A stretch of 64,000 nt of DNA from Terriglobia bacterium (lineage in GTDB: Bacteria > Acidobacteriota > Polarisedimenticolia > Polarisedimenticolales > JAIQFR01), in assembly GCA_963748015.1 (NCBI GenBank), contig CAVVHE010000004.1:2048001-2112000 (forward strand), written 5' to 3'. Below are positions 48,684 through 56,799 of this stretch, piece by piece (position 1 is the first letter of the stretch; every line of letters begins with the position of its first letter). The notes under the pieces were generated by a model. The model had not been told where the DNA came from and searched no databases. It worked only from the letters and a program-made list of their open reading frames with translations. The translations under genes were made by a program, and so were the position numbers.

Positions 48684-51434
48684 TCATCTGTTGATGCTGC
48701 CCTGATCGTGTGGGACCATGACGCGACCGCGTCCTGTCCCGGTGTTCCCGGACGCGTCGGTTGCCCGGTACTCGATCGTGTACGTCCGGCCGGGTCCGCT
48801 GCCGGCCCGCTCTGCTCGCAAAAGGACGTCGAGGTCGGCCGTGCCCAGCGTCGCATCCTGGATGTCGCGGACCGTGTTCCCGTCCCCTCCCCCTGGAGCG
48901 TCATCCGGCTCGCTCGAGACCGCGGATTGCAGCACCACTCGGGGCGAAGGATCGCAGGCATCGAGCGTAAGCACGCGGACATGGACGGGGTAAATCTTGT
49001 GGTTCGGCGGCCACAAGTAGTTCGGAGCCGCTTCGACCGTCACCACGGGAGGCGTGGTGTCCACCACGGTCACGACGGTCCGGCAGGTCGCCGAGTTCCC
49101 GGCGGCGTCCGTGGCGGTGAACGTCACCGTCGTGGAGCCCAGAGGATACGAGCCCGACGCGTCCGCGCCGCCCTGCGTCCTGTCGTTGGTGATCGTGGCC
49201 GCGCCGTCGCAGAGGTCGACCGCGGTGGCGGGCGGAATCGCGATTCTCGACTGGCCGACGGACTGGCACTCCACCGTGACGCCAGGTGCGCACGATATCG
49301 CCGGTGGAGTGGTATCGGCGACCGTGATGACCACGCCGTCGGTTCCCGTCGCGCCGGCCCTGTCCACGACGGTCAGGAGCACGTCGTGTACCCCGAGGTG
49401 GAACGGGACCGACGCGATTTCACCGCTCGCCAATGCCGTCCCGCTCTCCGACCACGCGAAGCTCGAGAGATCGTCTTGCGTGCCCGGAGTCGAGTCGGGA
49501 TCGGAGCTTCGCGAGCCGTCGAGCGTCGCCGTCGCCACCCCGTCGGCGGAACACTCGAGAACCTGGTCGGGGCCCGCGTCCGCCGTCGGCGGCCGATTTG
49601 CCAGCCCGTACTCCCACGTGTCGCCGATGATCTCTTCATCGTCGTCTAGACCGCCGAAGAGCACCAAGCGATCCCGCGCGCCGTCGTACGCCATCGCGTG
49701 GAAGAAACGAGCCGGCGGGCTCGACGCGGTCGTCTTCTGGGCCCACGCGACCCCGTCCCACTCCCAGGTGTCGGCCAGGCGGCCTTGGTCTTCCAAACCC
49801 CCGAAGAGAACCGTCCGACCCCGTGCGCCGTCGTACGCCATCGCGTGCCACGTGCGTGCGGGCGGGCTCATGGCGGGCGTTCTCTCGACCCATGCGTTCC
49901 CGTCCCACTCCCACGTGTCGGCGAGAAGGGGACTCATTGGTGGCATGCCCCCGAAGAGCACCACGCGCCCCCGCGCGCTGTCGTACGCCATCGCGAGGTA
50001 GCTGCGGGCCGGCGGGCTCGACGCGGTCGTCCTCTGAGCCCACGTGACCCCGTCCCACTCCCACGTGTCGGCGAGTTGTCGCCCAGGGCTGGTTTCCCCT
50101 CCGAAGAGCACCACGCATCCCCGCGCGCTGTCGTACGCCATCGCGTGCCCATACCGGGCCGACGGGCTCGCGGCGGGCCGAACCTCGAACCACGTGGTCC
50201 CGTCCCACTCCCACGTTTCGTCGAACGTGACGAGATTGTCGTCCCCGCCGAACAGCACGACCCGCCCTCGCGCGCTGTCGTATGCCATTGCGTGGCCGAA
50301 TCTGACCGACGGGCCCGTGGCGGAAGTCCTGTCGAACCACGCGACACCATCCCACTCCCAAGTGTCCGCGAAATAGCCGTTGTTCCCGCGACCTCCGAAG
50401 AGCACCACGCGCGCGTGCATGCTGTCGTACGCCATCGCGTGGACGTACCGGGGCTGAGGGCTAGCGGTGGGGGTCCTCTCTAGCCAAGTAATTCCGTTCC
50501 ATTCCCAAGTGTCCGCGACCAGGCCGTGCGTGCTGCCCCCTCCGAACAGCACGACGCGCCCCCGTGCGCTGTCGTAAGCCATCGCGTGCCCCGCGTGAAT
50601 CGTCGGGCTGGTGACGGGCACTTTCTGAGCCCACGTGCTCCCATCCCATTCCCACGTGTCCGCAAATTCCGGGTAGCCTCCAAATAGCACGACACGCCCA
50701 CGCGCGCTGTCGTACGCCATCGCATGGTCCGAACGCGGCGGTGGGCAGGTAGCGGGCGCCCTCTCAACCCACGTGTCGCCGTCCCACTCCCACGTGTCGG
50801 CGAGGAGGGGATACGGGCTCCCCCCTCCGAAGAGGACGACACGCCCCCGTGCGGTGTCGTACGCCATCGCGTGCCCATTGCGGGACGGCGGGCTCGTATC
50901 GGGAGTCCTCTGAGCCCACGTGCTCCCATCCCACTCCCACGTGTCGCCGGCGAGCTGTCCGGAGCCAGTCTCACCGCCGAAGAGCACCACGCGGCCCCGC
51001 GCGCTGTCGTACGCCATCGCGTGGCCATAACGGGACGGTGGGCTCGTGGCGGGTGTCCTCTGAACCCACGTGTTTCCATCCCACTCCCACGTGTCGGAGA
51101 GGGACGGCGCATAGCCCCCGAACAGCACCACGCGGCCCCGCGCGCTGTCATAGGCCATCGCGTGCCCCGAGCGAGCCGGTGGGCTCGTGGCGGGCTTCCT
51201 CTCCACCCACGTGGTCCCATCCCACTCCCACGTGTCGGCGCGGGGGACCTCGTTTCCGAATCCGCCAAAGAGCACGACGCGACCCCGGGCGCTGTCGTAG
51301 GCCATCGCGTGGCCGCCGCGAGACGACGGGCTCGAGCTTCCCATTGCGAGACGCCAGTCGGGAACGCCGGCCTGGACCAAGCCGGCACCGACACAGACCG
51401 CAACGAGCGCCAGGCAGACACCGGCTCGCTTCAT
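48684..51434 (-). CDS. Secreted Kelch-repeat protein with PKD-like, HYR-like and LWPPNHK-type Ig-like domains
   Basis: Signal peptide; 12 HAMAYD.ARGRVVLFGG...DTWEWDG repeats; NRPPTADAGPD...LDGSRSSDPD (PKD); YPLGSTTVTFTATDAAGN (HYR). Confidence 0.9.
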   Translation of the reverse strand: MKRAGVCLALVAVCVGAGLVQAGVPDWRLAMGSSSPSSRGGHAMAYDSARGRVVLFGGFGNEVPRADTWEWDGTTWVERKPATSPPARSGHAMAYDSARGRVVLFGGYAPSLSDTWEWDGNTWVQRTPATSPPSRYGHAMAYDSARGRVVLFGGETGSGQLAGDTWEWDGSTWAQRTPDTSPPSRNGHAMAYDTARGRVVLFGGGSPYPLLADTWEWDGDTWVERAPATCPPPRSDHAMAYDSARGRVVLFGGYPEFADTWEWDGSTWAQKVPVTSPTIHAGHAMAYDSARGRVVLFGGGSTHGLVADTWEWNGITWLERTPTASPQPRYVHAMAYDSMHARVVLFGGRGNNGYFADTWEWDGVAWFDRTSATGPSVRFGHAMAYDSARGRVVLFGGDDNLVTFDETWEWDGTTWFEVRPAASPSARYGHAMAYDSARGCVVLFGGETSPGRQLADTWEWDGVTWAQRTTASSPPARSYLAMAYDSARGRVVLFGGMPPMSPLLADTWEWDGNAWVERTPAMSPPARTWHAMAYDGARGRTVLFGGLEDQGRLADTWEWDGVAWAQKTTASSPPARFFHAMAYDGARDRLVLFGGLDDDEEIIGDTWEYGLANRPPTADAGPDQVLECSADGVATATLDGSRSSDPDSTPGTQDDLSSFAWSESGTALASGEIASVPFHLGVHDVLLTVVDRAGATGTDGVVITVADTTPPAISCAPGVTVECQSVGQSRIAIPPATAVDLCDGAATITNDRTQGGADASGSYPLGSTTVTFTATDAAGNSATCRTVVTVVDTTPPVVTVEAAPNYLWPPNHKIYPVHVRVLTLDACDPSPRVVLQSAVSSEPDDAPGGGDGNTVRDIQDATLGTADLDVLLRAERAGSGPGRTYTIEYRATDASGNTGTGRGRVMVPHDQGSINR

Positions 51435-51575
51435 GGAAGTCCCCCTCCGGCTAGATCCCTACTTCAACTGCGGCTCGGGGACCGCAGAACCGTGGCCTGG
51501 CGAGAACATACGCCGATTTGGAGCTATGGAGCCGGCGAGGTGAAGAATTTTCTTCCGGCCGCTGGAGTGGCGTGG

Positions 51576-52043
51576 TTACGCCAGCTTCAGAACAAGTCCC
51601 TCGACCGGACTATCGCCGAGCTTGGAGAACTCCTTGTCCTCGCCGACGACGGTGAACCCGCATTTCTCCAGGACCCGGATCGAAGCGGCGTTGTGTTTCG
51701 CGACATGAGCGAACAAGGGGCGGATGGCTTCGTGACCCAGGAACTCCGACAGCGCCGCCGTGGCAATGCCCTTGCCCCAGAAGCTCTTTCCTAGCCAGTA
51801 GCCGATTTCCCGTTCGCCGGACTGCTCCCAGCTCACGACGTTGCCGGCCACGCTCCCGTCGAAGAGGATGGCCTTCTTGACGACCGTCGCGTCGCCCAGG
51901 ATCTTCGTCCAGTGCGCGAAGAACGCCTCGCGGTCCCGGGCCGGGAATGCGGCCAGCTGGTTGGCGTCCGGGTCCCGCTGATGCTCGAAGAAGGCGGGGA
52001 GGTCTTCTTCCGTAACGTCACGCAAGACGACGTCGACTCTCAT
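51576..52043 (-). CDS. GNAT (RimJ/RimL-like) N-acetyltransferase
   Basis: EIGYWLGKSFWGKGIAT and HNAASIRVLEKCGF. Confidence 0.92.
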   Translation of the reverse strand: MRVDVVLRDVTEEDLPAFFEHQRDPDANQLAAFPARDREAFFAHWTKILGDATVVKKAILFDGSVAGNVVSWEQSGEREIGYWLGKSFWGKGIATAALSEFLGHEAIRPLFAHVAKHNAASIRVLEKCGFTVVGEDKEFSKLGDSPVEGLVLKLA

Positions 52044-52094
52044 GCGTCTTTCTCGGCGGACCTGGGCGCGGTCATCTCCCCGACCAGGTCATCG

Positions 52095-52514
52095 CTACCG
52101 CGGCTCGATCCCAACCAGCTCCACGTCGTAGTGAAGCGTGTCGTCGGGCGATAGCCCCTCCGGATACGTGCTCCGCTTGCTAAGCGCCGGCGGAACGATC
52201 ATCGTCCGTCGCTCGCCCACTCGCATCCCCGTCACCCCTTCGTCCACGCCGTCGATCACCTGTTTTCCGCCGAGCAAGAAGCGCAGCGGTTTTCCACGGG
52301 TGCGGGTGCTGTACTGGACCCGCCCATCCGGAAACGTCGTCGTTTCGTGGATGAGCACGTACTGGCCGGCATGGGCGGCCGGGCCGGATCCCCTCTTGAT
52401 CACCGTGTAGACCAGCCCGGACGGTGTTGTGATCGGCTTGCCGGAACTCGCGCACCCGGCAGCCGCGGCCAGGAGCATCGCCAACACGCTGGGGAACAAG
52501 CGTCGTCGATGCAT
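52095..52514 (-). CDS. Small FKBP-type PPIase, probable lipoprotein
   Basis: AAGC lipobox; TTPSGLVY, FLLGGKQVIDGVDEGVTGMRVGERR and TLHYDVELV. Confidence 0.85.
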   Translation of the reverse strand: MHRRRLFPSVLAMLLAAAAGCASSGKPITTPSGLVYTVIKRGSGPAAHAGQYVLIHETTTFPDGRVQYSTRTRGKPLRFLLGGKQVIDGVDEGVTGMRVGERRTMIVPPALSKRSTYPEGLSPDDTLHYDVELVGIEPR

Positions 52515-52706
52515 CTGTTGGTTCAACGATCCCTCGGAAAGAACGATCGTTCCTTCGGCGCGAAATCTCCCCCGCTCTCTGGCGGGCAAGGGGGAGCGAG
52601 GAAGTCCGGCCTGAGTCAGCCGGATCCCGGGAGATTGCATCAGAGCGGACCGGATCGCCAAGAACTCGCGAACTACAAACGGTCGGAGTTCCTTTTCAAT
52701 CAGCGA

Positions 52707-53030
52707 TCACTTCTTGGGCATGCGGGGAGGCTTCTCGCGCGTGCCCTTCCAGTCGTCCAACAGGGCCTTCAGCCCCTCGACGGTCACGCCGCCGTGGTCG
52801 ACCCCGGAGTCCCAACGCTCCATGAGGGCCTTGTAGCGGTCGCGGAGGACGCCCTTGGGCAGGAACTTGCCCTGGAACTTCTCCAGGAGCGCGAGCCGGG
52901 GATCGGCGGGCGGACGCGGAGGAGGAGGAGGAGCCTTCGGCTCCGCGGCGGCGGGCGCCTCGGCCGGTGCCTTGGCCTTCTTCTCTTTCTTCTCTTTCGC
53001 TTCGGCCTTCTGCTTCGGTTCGGCTGCCAT
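52707..53030 (-). CDS. Small Lys/Ala/Pro-rich hypothetical protein
   Basis: Strong GC3 bias; upstream GAGAGG; candidate promoter TTGCCA-N18-TAAGGT further upstream. Confidence 0.65.
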   Translation of the reverse strand: MAAEPKQKAEAKEKKEKKAKAPAEAPAAAEPKAPPPPPRPPADPRLALLEKFQGKFLPKGVLRDRYKALMERWDSGVDHGGVTVEGLKALLDDWKGTREKPPRMPKK

Positions 53031-53408
53031 CACGATCACCCAACCTCTCTGCCCCGTGCAACTCGGCCGAGATCCGCGGGCCCATCGGGTGCGTCTCGGC
53101 GTCCCAATGCAGGGCCATCACCTTAACCGACGCGCCGGCGCCTTGGCAAGGAGGACTTCCCCCGCGAGAGGGGGCCCGTCGTGGAGTTCGGGGGCTTCGT
53201 AGGGTGCGGCTCGGTCATTCATCAGCTCATTCTCCGCCCCGGGGGACGGCGGATTTCAACCTGCTCGTCACCCCATCGCCCCGGGAGTCTCTTGCCTGGT
53301 GCGGGTCTTGTTTTCTCGCGGCCGGGGTATCGAACGAGCACAATTCCGCTTCGACGGGCAGATTGGCCCCCGCAGCGCTTCAAATAACCTCGCCGTTCCG
53401 GGATTAGC

Positions 53409-53455
53409 TGGCTCCCCACCCGGCTCGGTCTTTACAACCCCGCCAACTCAATCAG
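53409..53455 (-). other. Highly degenerate tRNA-Asn 3' fragment (att-site remnant)
   Basis: Minus strand ends GGGTGGGGAGCCA and carries GGGGTTGTA at the variable-loop/T-stem position; 11-bp identity CTGGCTCCCCA with 55940-55950. Confidence 0.45.
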
Positions 53456-53515
53456 GATCGCCACCCGACCGGCGTCCACCGAGTCGAACAGGTGGTTCCT
53501 CCAGCGGGGTCTTTG

Positions 53516-53929
53516 TCACGCTGCGATATGCCACACGATCTTCTGGTCGGGTGCGATTGCTTTGAGGAGCCGCTCGACCATCTCAACGGTCGGCATCGCC
53601 CGTCCCTGTTCGTATCGGGCGTACGCGTTCCTGGAGCGTTGCCCCAGCCTCTCGGCGGCCTCGGCCAGCGTCAGGCCCTGACGTTCCCGCTGCCGGCGCA
53701 ACAAGAGCGCCAACAAGACCCCCAAGCGATTACCGCCGATTTCGAACGTCTCCCCGCCGGTCGGATAGACAGTCGCTCGGAAGCCCCTCACTCCTGCCAT
53801 CGTCTCGACCAGATCCTCCACCATCGCGAGCGCCTCGCGCTTCGTGCGTCCCTGCGTGACCGCGTCGAGCGCAGGGACCTCGACCAGCCAGAACCTGCCG
53901 TCCCTCCTGATTCGCCCTGGGAACCTCAT
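53516..53929 (-). CDS. hicB: HicB family antitoxin with C-terminal XRE HTH
   Basis: WLVEVPALDAVTQGRTKREALAM (HicB fold) + RERQGLTLAEAAERLG...YARYEQG; ATGA overlap with hicA. Confidence 0.9.
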   Translation of the reverse strand: MRFPGRIRRDGRFWLVEVPALDAVTQGRTKREALAMVEDLVETMAGVRGFRATVYPTGGETFEIGGNRLGVLLALLLRRQRERQGLTLAEAAERLGQRSRNAYARYEQGRAMPTVEMVERLLKAIAPDQKIVWHIAA

Positions 53930-54108
53930 CGCCTCTCCTTCGCCCGCCTCAGGATGATCTGCGCCAGCCTCTCGTTGATCTCCGGGTGTCTGGGAACGTA
54001 CTCCGTGAACGAGCCGTCGGCGCTGACCCACACGTCGTGTTTGCCTCCGTGGCGCTGCAGCGTCCAACCCAGCTCGCGGAGTCGACGCTCCAGCTCCCTG
54101 CGCTTCAT
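53926..54108 (-). CDS. hicA: HicA family mRNA interferase toxin
   Basis: MKRRELERRLRELGW...RHGGKHDVW...VPRHPEINERLAQIIL. Confidence 0.93.
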   Translation of the reverse strand: MKRRELERRLRELGWTLQRHGGKHDVWVSADGSFTEYVPRHPEINERLAQIILRRAKERR

Positions 54109-54114
54109 GCCGTT

Positions 54115-54143
54115 AATGTACACTTATACGTGTACTTGCGCAA
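54115..54143 (-). promoter_or_regulatory. hicAB leaderless promoter with palindromic operator
   Basis: TTGCGC-N17-TACATT ending 6 nt before the ATG; GTACAC-N6-GTGTAC (54118-54135) overlaps the spacer and -10. Confidence 0.75.
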
Positions 54144-54269
54144 ACGGGTCGCGAGGTGTGATGGTACGGCGATGGCGAGGGACCGCATTCGTCCGCGTAA
54201 GCGATTGCCCCTCAAGCGCTTAGCGCAACCGGGTACAGGTTCAGCCTGATTCTCCTTCTGGAGGCTTCG

Positions 54270-55610
54270 GTGCGCGCCCAACACCCCGAACACGACGTCC
54301 CGCTTCCGAAGGGTTGGCCCCGCCGCGTCCGCTCCGCTGCAATCCACGCCGTCTCGTTGGCCAACGTAGTCTTCGCCGTCACCCGAAGTCAGGCCGAAAA
54401 CCACTTCAACGCTCGGGTCCGGCTCCAGGCCGAGAACGACCGACTCCGGAGCGAGATCGCCGTTCTCCGAGAAGAACTGCGGATCAAGGATGCCCGAATG
54501 GAGCGTATCCCAGCCCAGCGCCGGCCCCACTACCCGCCCATCGACCGGCTGACAATCCTCGAGCTCCGAGCGGCGCGGGCCTGGTCGCTCGCCGAAACCG
54601 CTCGACGCTTGCTCGTGACGCCGCTGACCATCGCCTCGTGGATGCACCGGCTCGACGACGAGGGACCGGAGGCCCTGGTGGGGCTCCCTGAGCCCGTGAA
54701 CCGATTCCCCGAGTTCGTCGGGTACATCGTCCGCCGGCTGAAGACGCTCTGCCCTGCCATGGGGACTCGGAGGATCGCCCGGGTCCTCTGCCGAGCCGGA
54801 CTCCACCTCGGGACGACCACCGTTCGCAGGATGCTCACCGACACGAACGCACGACGACGGCCGAAGAGAGTCGTTGCGGAGTCCGGACCTGTCATTCGGG
54901 CAAAGCGGCCAAACGACGTCTGGCACACCGACCTCACGACCGTACCTATCGTCGGCGGCTTCTGGGTGCCGTGGCTCCCGTGGGCACTCACCCAGCGCTG
55001 GCCATTCTGCTGGTGGATTGCCGTCGTGGTCGACCACTACTCCAGGCGCGTGATGGGCGTGGTCACTTTCCGCAGCCAGCCCTCGTCGGCGGCGGTACAG
55101 AGGTTTCTCGATCGCGTCACCTGCGAGACCGGAGTCGCACCAAGACACCTCATCACCGACAAGGGCCGACAGTTCGCAGCCGTCCGGTTCCGTCGATGGT
55201 GTCGCCGCCGCGGCACTCGTCAACGCTTCGGCGCCGTCGGGCACTACGGCAGCATCGCGGTCGTCGAGCGCTTCATCCGGACCATGAAGACCGAGTGCAC
55301 GCGAAGAATCCTGGTCCCGCTCCGGCTCGCTGCAATCCAACGCGAACTCACGATCTTCGCTGAGTGGTACAACGGCGATCGGCCTCACGAGGTGCTCGCG
55401 GCGCGGACACCGGACGAGATCTACTTCGGCCGACGACCGGCTTGCCTCCTGCCTCAATTCGAGCCTCGTACGCGGTGGCCACGACGGTCGCCGTGCGCGA
55501 CGCCGAACGTGCTCGTTCGCGGTCATCCCGGCGCCGTCGTTAAATTGGAACTCAACTTCCGAGGCGGCCGGAAGCATCTCCCCCTCGTCGCTCTGCATCG
55601 CGCCGCGTAG
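54270..55610 (+). mobile_element. DDE (rve, integrase-core) transposase, IS481/IS3-like
   Basis: N-terminal coiled coil + HTH; triad WHTD, LITDKGRQF and VERFIRTMKTE; WYNGDRPH...RTPDE; atypical codon usage. Element ends not resolved. Confidence 0.88.
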
Positions 55611-55940
55611 TGTCCCGGTCCCTGTCCACCGTGACGACGGACTCCAGGCATCGTGCCGCCGCGAGGTCGGGCACCGTCCCTTGCGCGACGAAATGACCAC
55701 CCTTCAACCTCTCATCCACGCGCCTTCACGCGCCGCTTCTGACTCACAGCGCGCGGGGATCGCTCTCAGATTCGAGCAGATTTCGGGCACGAGGTCTCGG
55801 TGGCGCGGTTCACCACCGGAGAGCGCGAACCGCTTTTGTGGACGGAGAAGGTCGCGAGCTTCGCGGAGGTTTTCGCGGAAAAGCTTGAGATTCCGGTCCT
55901 GGCTGTTAACCAGATCGCGGGAGTTTGTAATCCGGTGATC

Positions 55941-55985
55941 TGGCTCCCCAACAGGGACTCAAGACTCGGACCCGGTGGTTAACAG
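55941..55985 (-). other. 3' half of tRNA-Asn(GTT), decayed (att-site remnant)
   Basis: Minus strand CTGTTAA CCACC GGGTC CGAGT CTTGAGT CCCTG TTGGGGA GCCA has exact tRNA segment lengths from anticodon loop to CCA; 5' half absent; T-arm mutated. Confidence 0.75.
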
Positions 55986-56017
55986 GTGATCGTCCGCCGA
56001 CCGCCGCGAACCTTCGA

Positions 56018-56389
56018 TCAAGGCTCGTGAAACGCCACGTCAGGCATCGGGTAGTGACGACGGTTCAAGGTCCACAGCGTCAAACCGGTTGTCGAGGCGG
56101 CGGCGGCGACGAGCGCGTCCGCGGACTCGACGCCGTGGGAGCGCGAGTAGCGCGCGAGGTAGCCCCCGGCCCGGCGGCCGGTCGCGGCGTCGAGCACAAC
56201 GTCGCCTCGCGCGGCGAGAAAGGCTTCAGTGACGACCTCTTCCCCTGGCCGGACGCCCACGAAGATCTCCGCCCAGGCGACCGCGCAGCAATAGGTGGGA
56301 ACGCCCGCGGCTTCGAGAGCGAGGAGGTGACGCACGACGGCCTGCCGGCCGCGGAGCACCTCGATGACGACGTCCGAATCGAGGAGCAC
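56018..56389 (-). CDS. vapC: VapC PIN-domain toxin
   Basis: LLDSDVVIE, AEIFVG, ADALVAAAA and LWTLNRRHYPM (PIN acidic residues). Confidence 0.9.
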   Translation of the reverse strand: MLLDSDVVIEVLRGRQAVVRHLLALEAAGVPTYCCAVAWAEIFVGVRPGEEVVTEAFLAARGDVVLDAATGRRAGGYLARYSRSHGVESADALVAAAASTTGLTLWTLNRRHYPMPDVAFHEP

Positions 56390-56394
56390 CCCGG

Positions 56395-56655
56395 CTACGG
56401 GCGGGGGCGCCTCGATCGCCTCGTATCTCGCCGGAGCCGCCTCACGTACCCGGCGGTGTCGCCCAGCTCGGCGCGGTCCTTCCATAGTCCCTCGATGGCG
56501 CGGAGGGTTGCGAGCCTCTCGTCGGCGCCTCCGGCTCCGTAAGTGCGCGCCAGGGCGTCCCGAACCAGCTCGGACAGCGTTCTCCCCTGCCTGCGCGCCA
56601 GCTTCGTCAGCGTGGCGTGGATTGCCTCGTCCAGGTAGAGCTGCGTGCGGACCAT
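56395..56655 (-). CDS. CopG/RHH antitoxin (VapB-like)
   Basis: MVRTQLYLDE...LARRQGRTLSELVRDAL; GLWKDR; directly upstream of vapC. Confidence 0.88.
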   Translation of the reverse strand: MVRTQLYLDEAIHATLTKLARRQGRTLSELVRDALARTYGAGGADERLATLRAIEGLWKDRAELGDTAGYVRRLRRDTRRSRRPRP

Positions 56656-56690
56656 GTGATGTATATACATCACTCAGACTGGTAACGCAA
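56656..56690 (-). promoter_or_regulatory. vapBC leaderless promoter with perfect 18-bp palindromic operator
   Basis: GTGATGTATATACATCAC (56656-56673); TTGCGT-N17-TATATA ending 6 nt before the ATG. Confidence 0.8.
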
Positions 56691-56799
56691 GTTGGAGGGG
56701 GCCCGCAATCCGCTCGATTCGCACCCCTGACGAGATCCGGCGACGATGTCCGTTGACCTCCCGCCCCATCTCCCCTATAAGGTTTCCGGAGAAACGGCG

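Noticed and set aside
43290..51355. Regularly spaced DNA repeats resembling a CRISPR array or DGR target
   Set aside because: Repeats are in-frame protein repeats varying at third codon positions; no cas or reverse transcriptase gene in the window.
53050..53120. Structured 5' leader of the 52707-53030 gene as a riboswitch
   Set aside because: Nested stems are present but match no aptamer I recognise and are plausible by chance at this GC content.
55941..56016. Functional tRNA-Asn gene
   Set aside because: 5' half absent (no TCCCCAA acceptor strand, anticodon stem unpaired) and T-arm mutated; kept only as an att remnant.
56693..56731. Possible third tRNA 3' fragment (GTCAGGGGTGCGAATC...CCCCCTCCA on the minus strand)
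   Set aside because: Segment lengths do not fit a tRNA 3' half; may be a chance hairpin.
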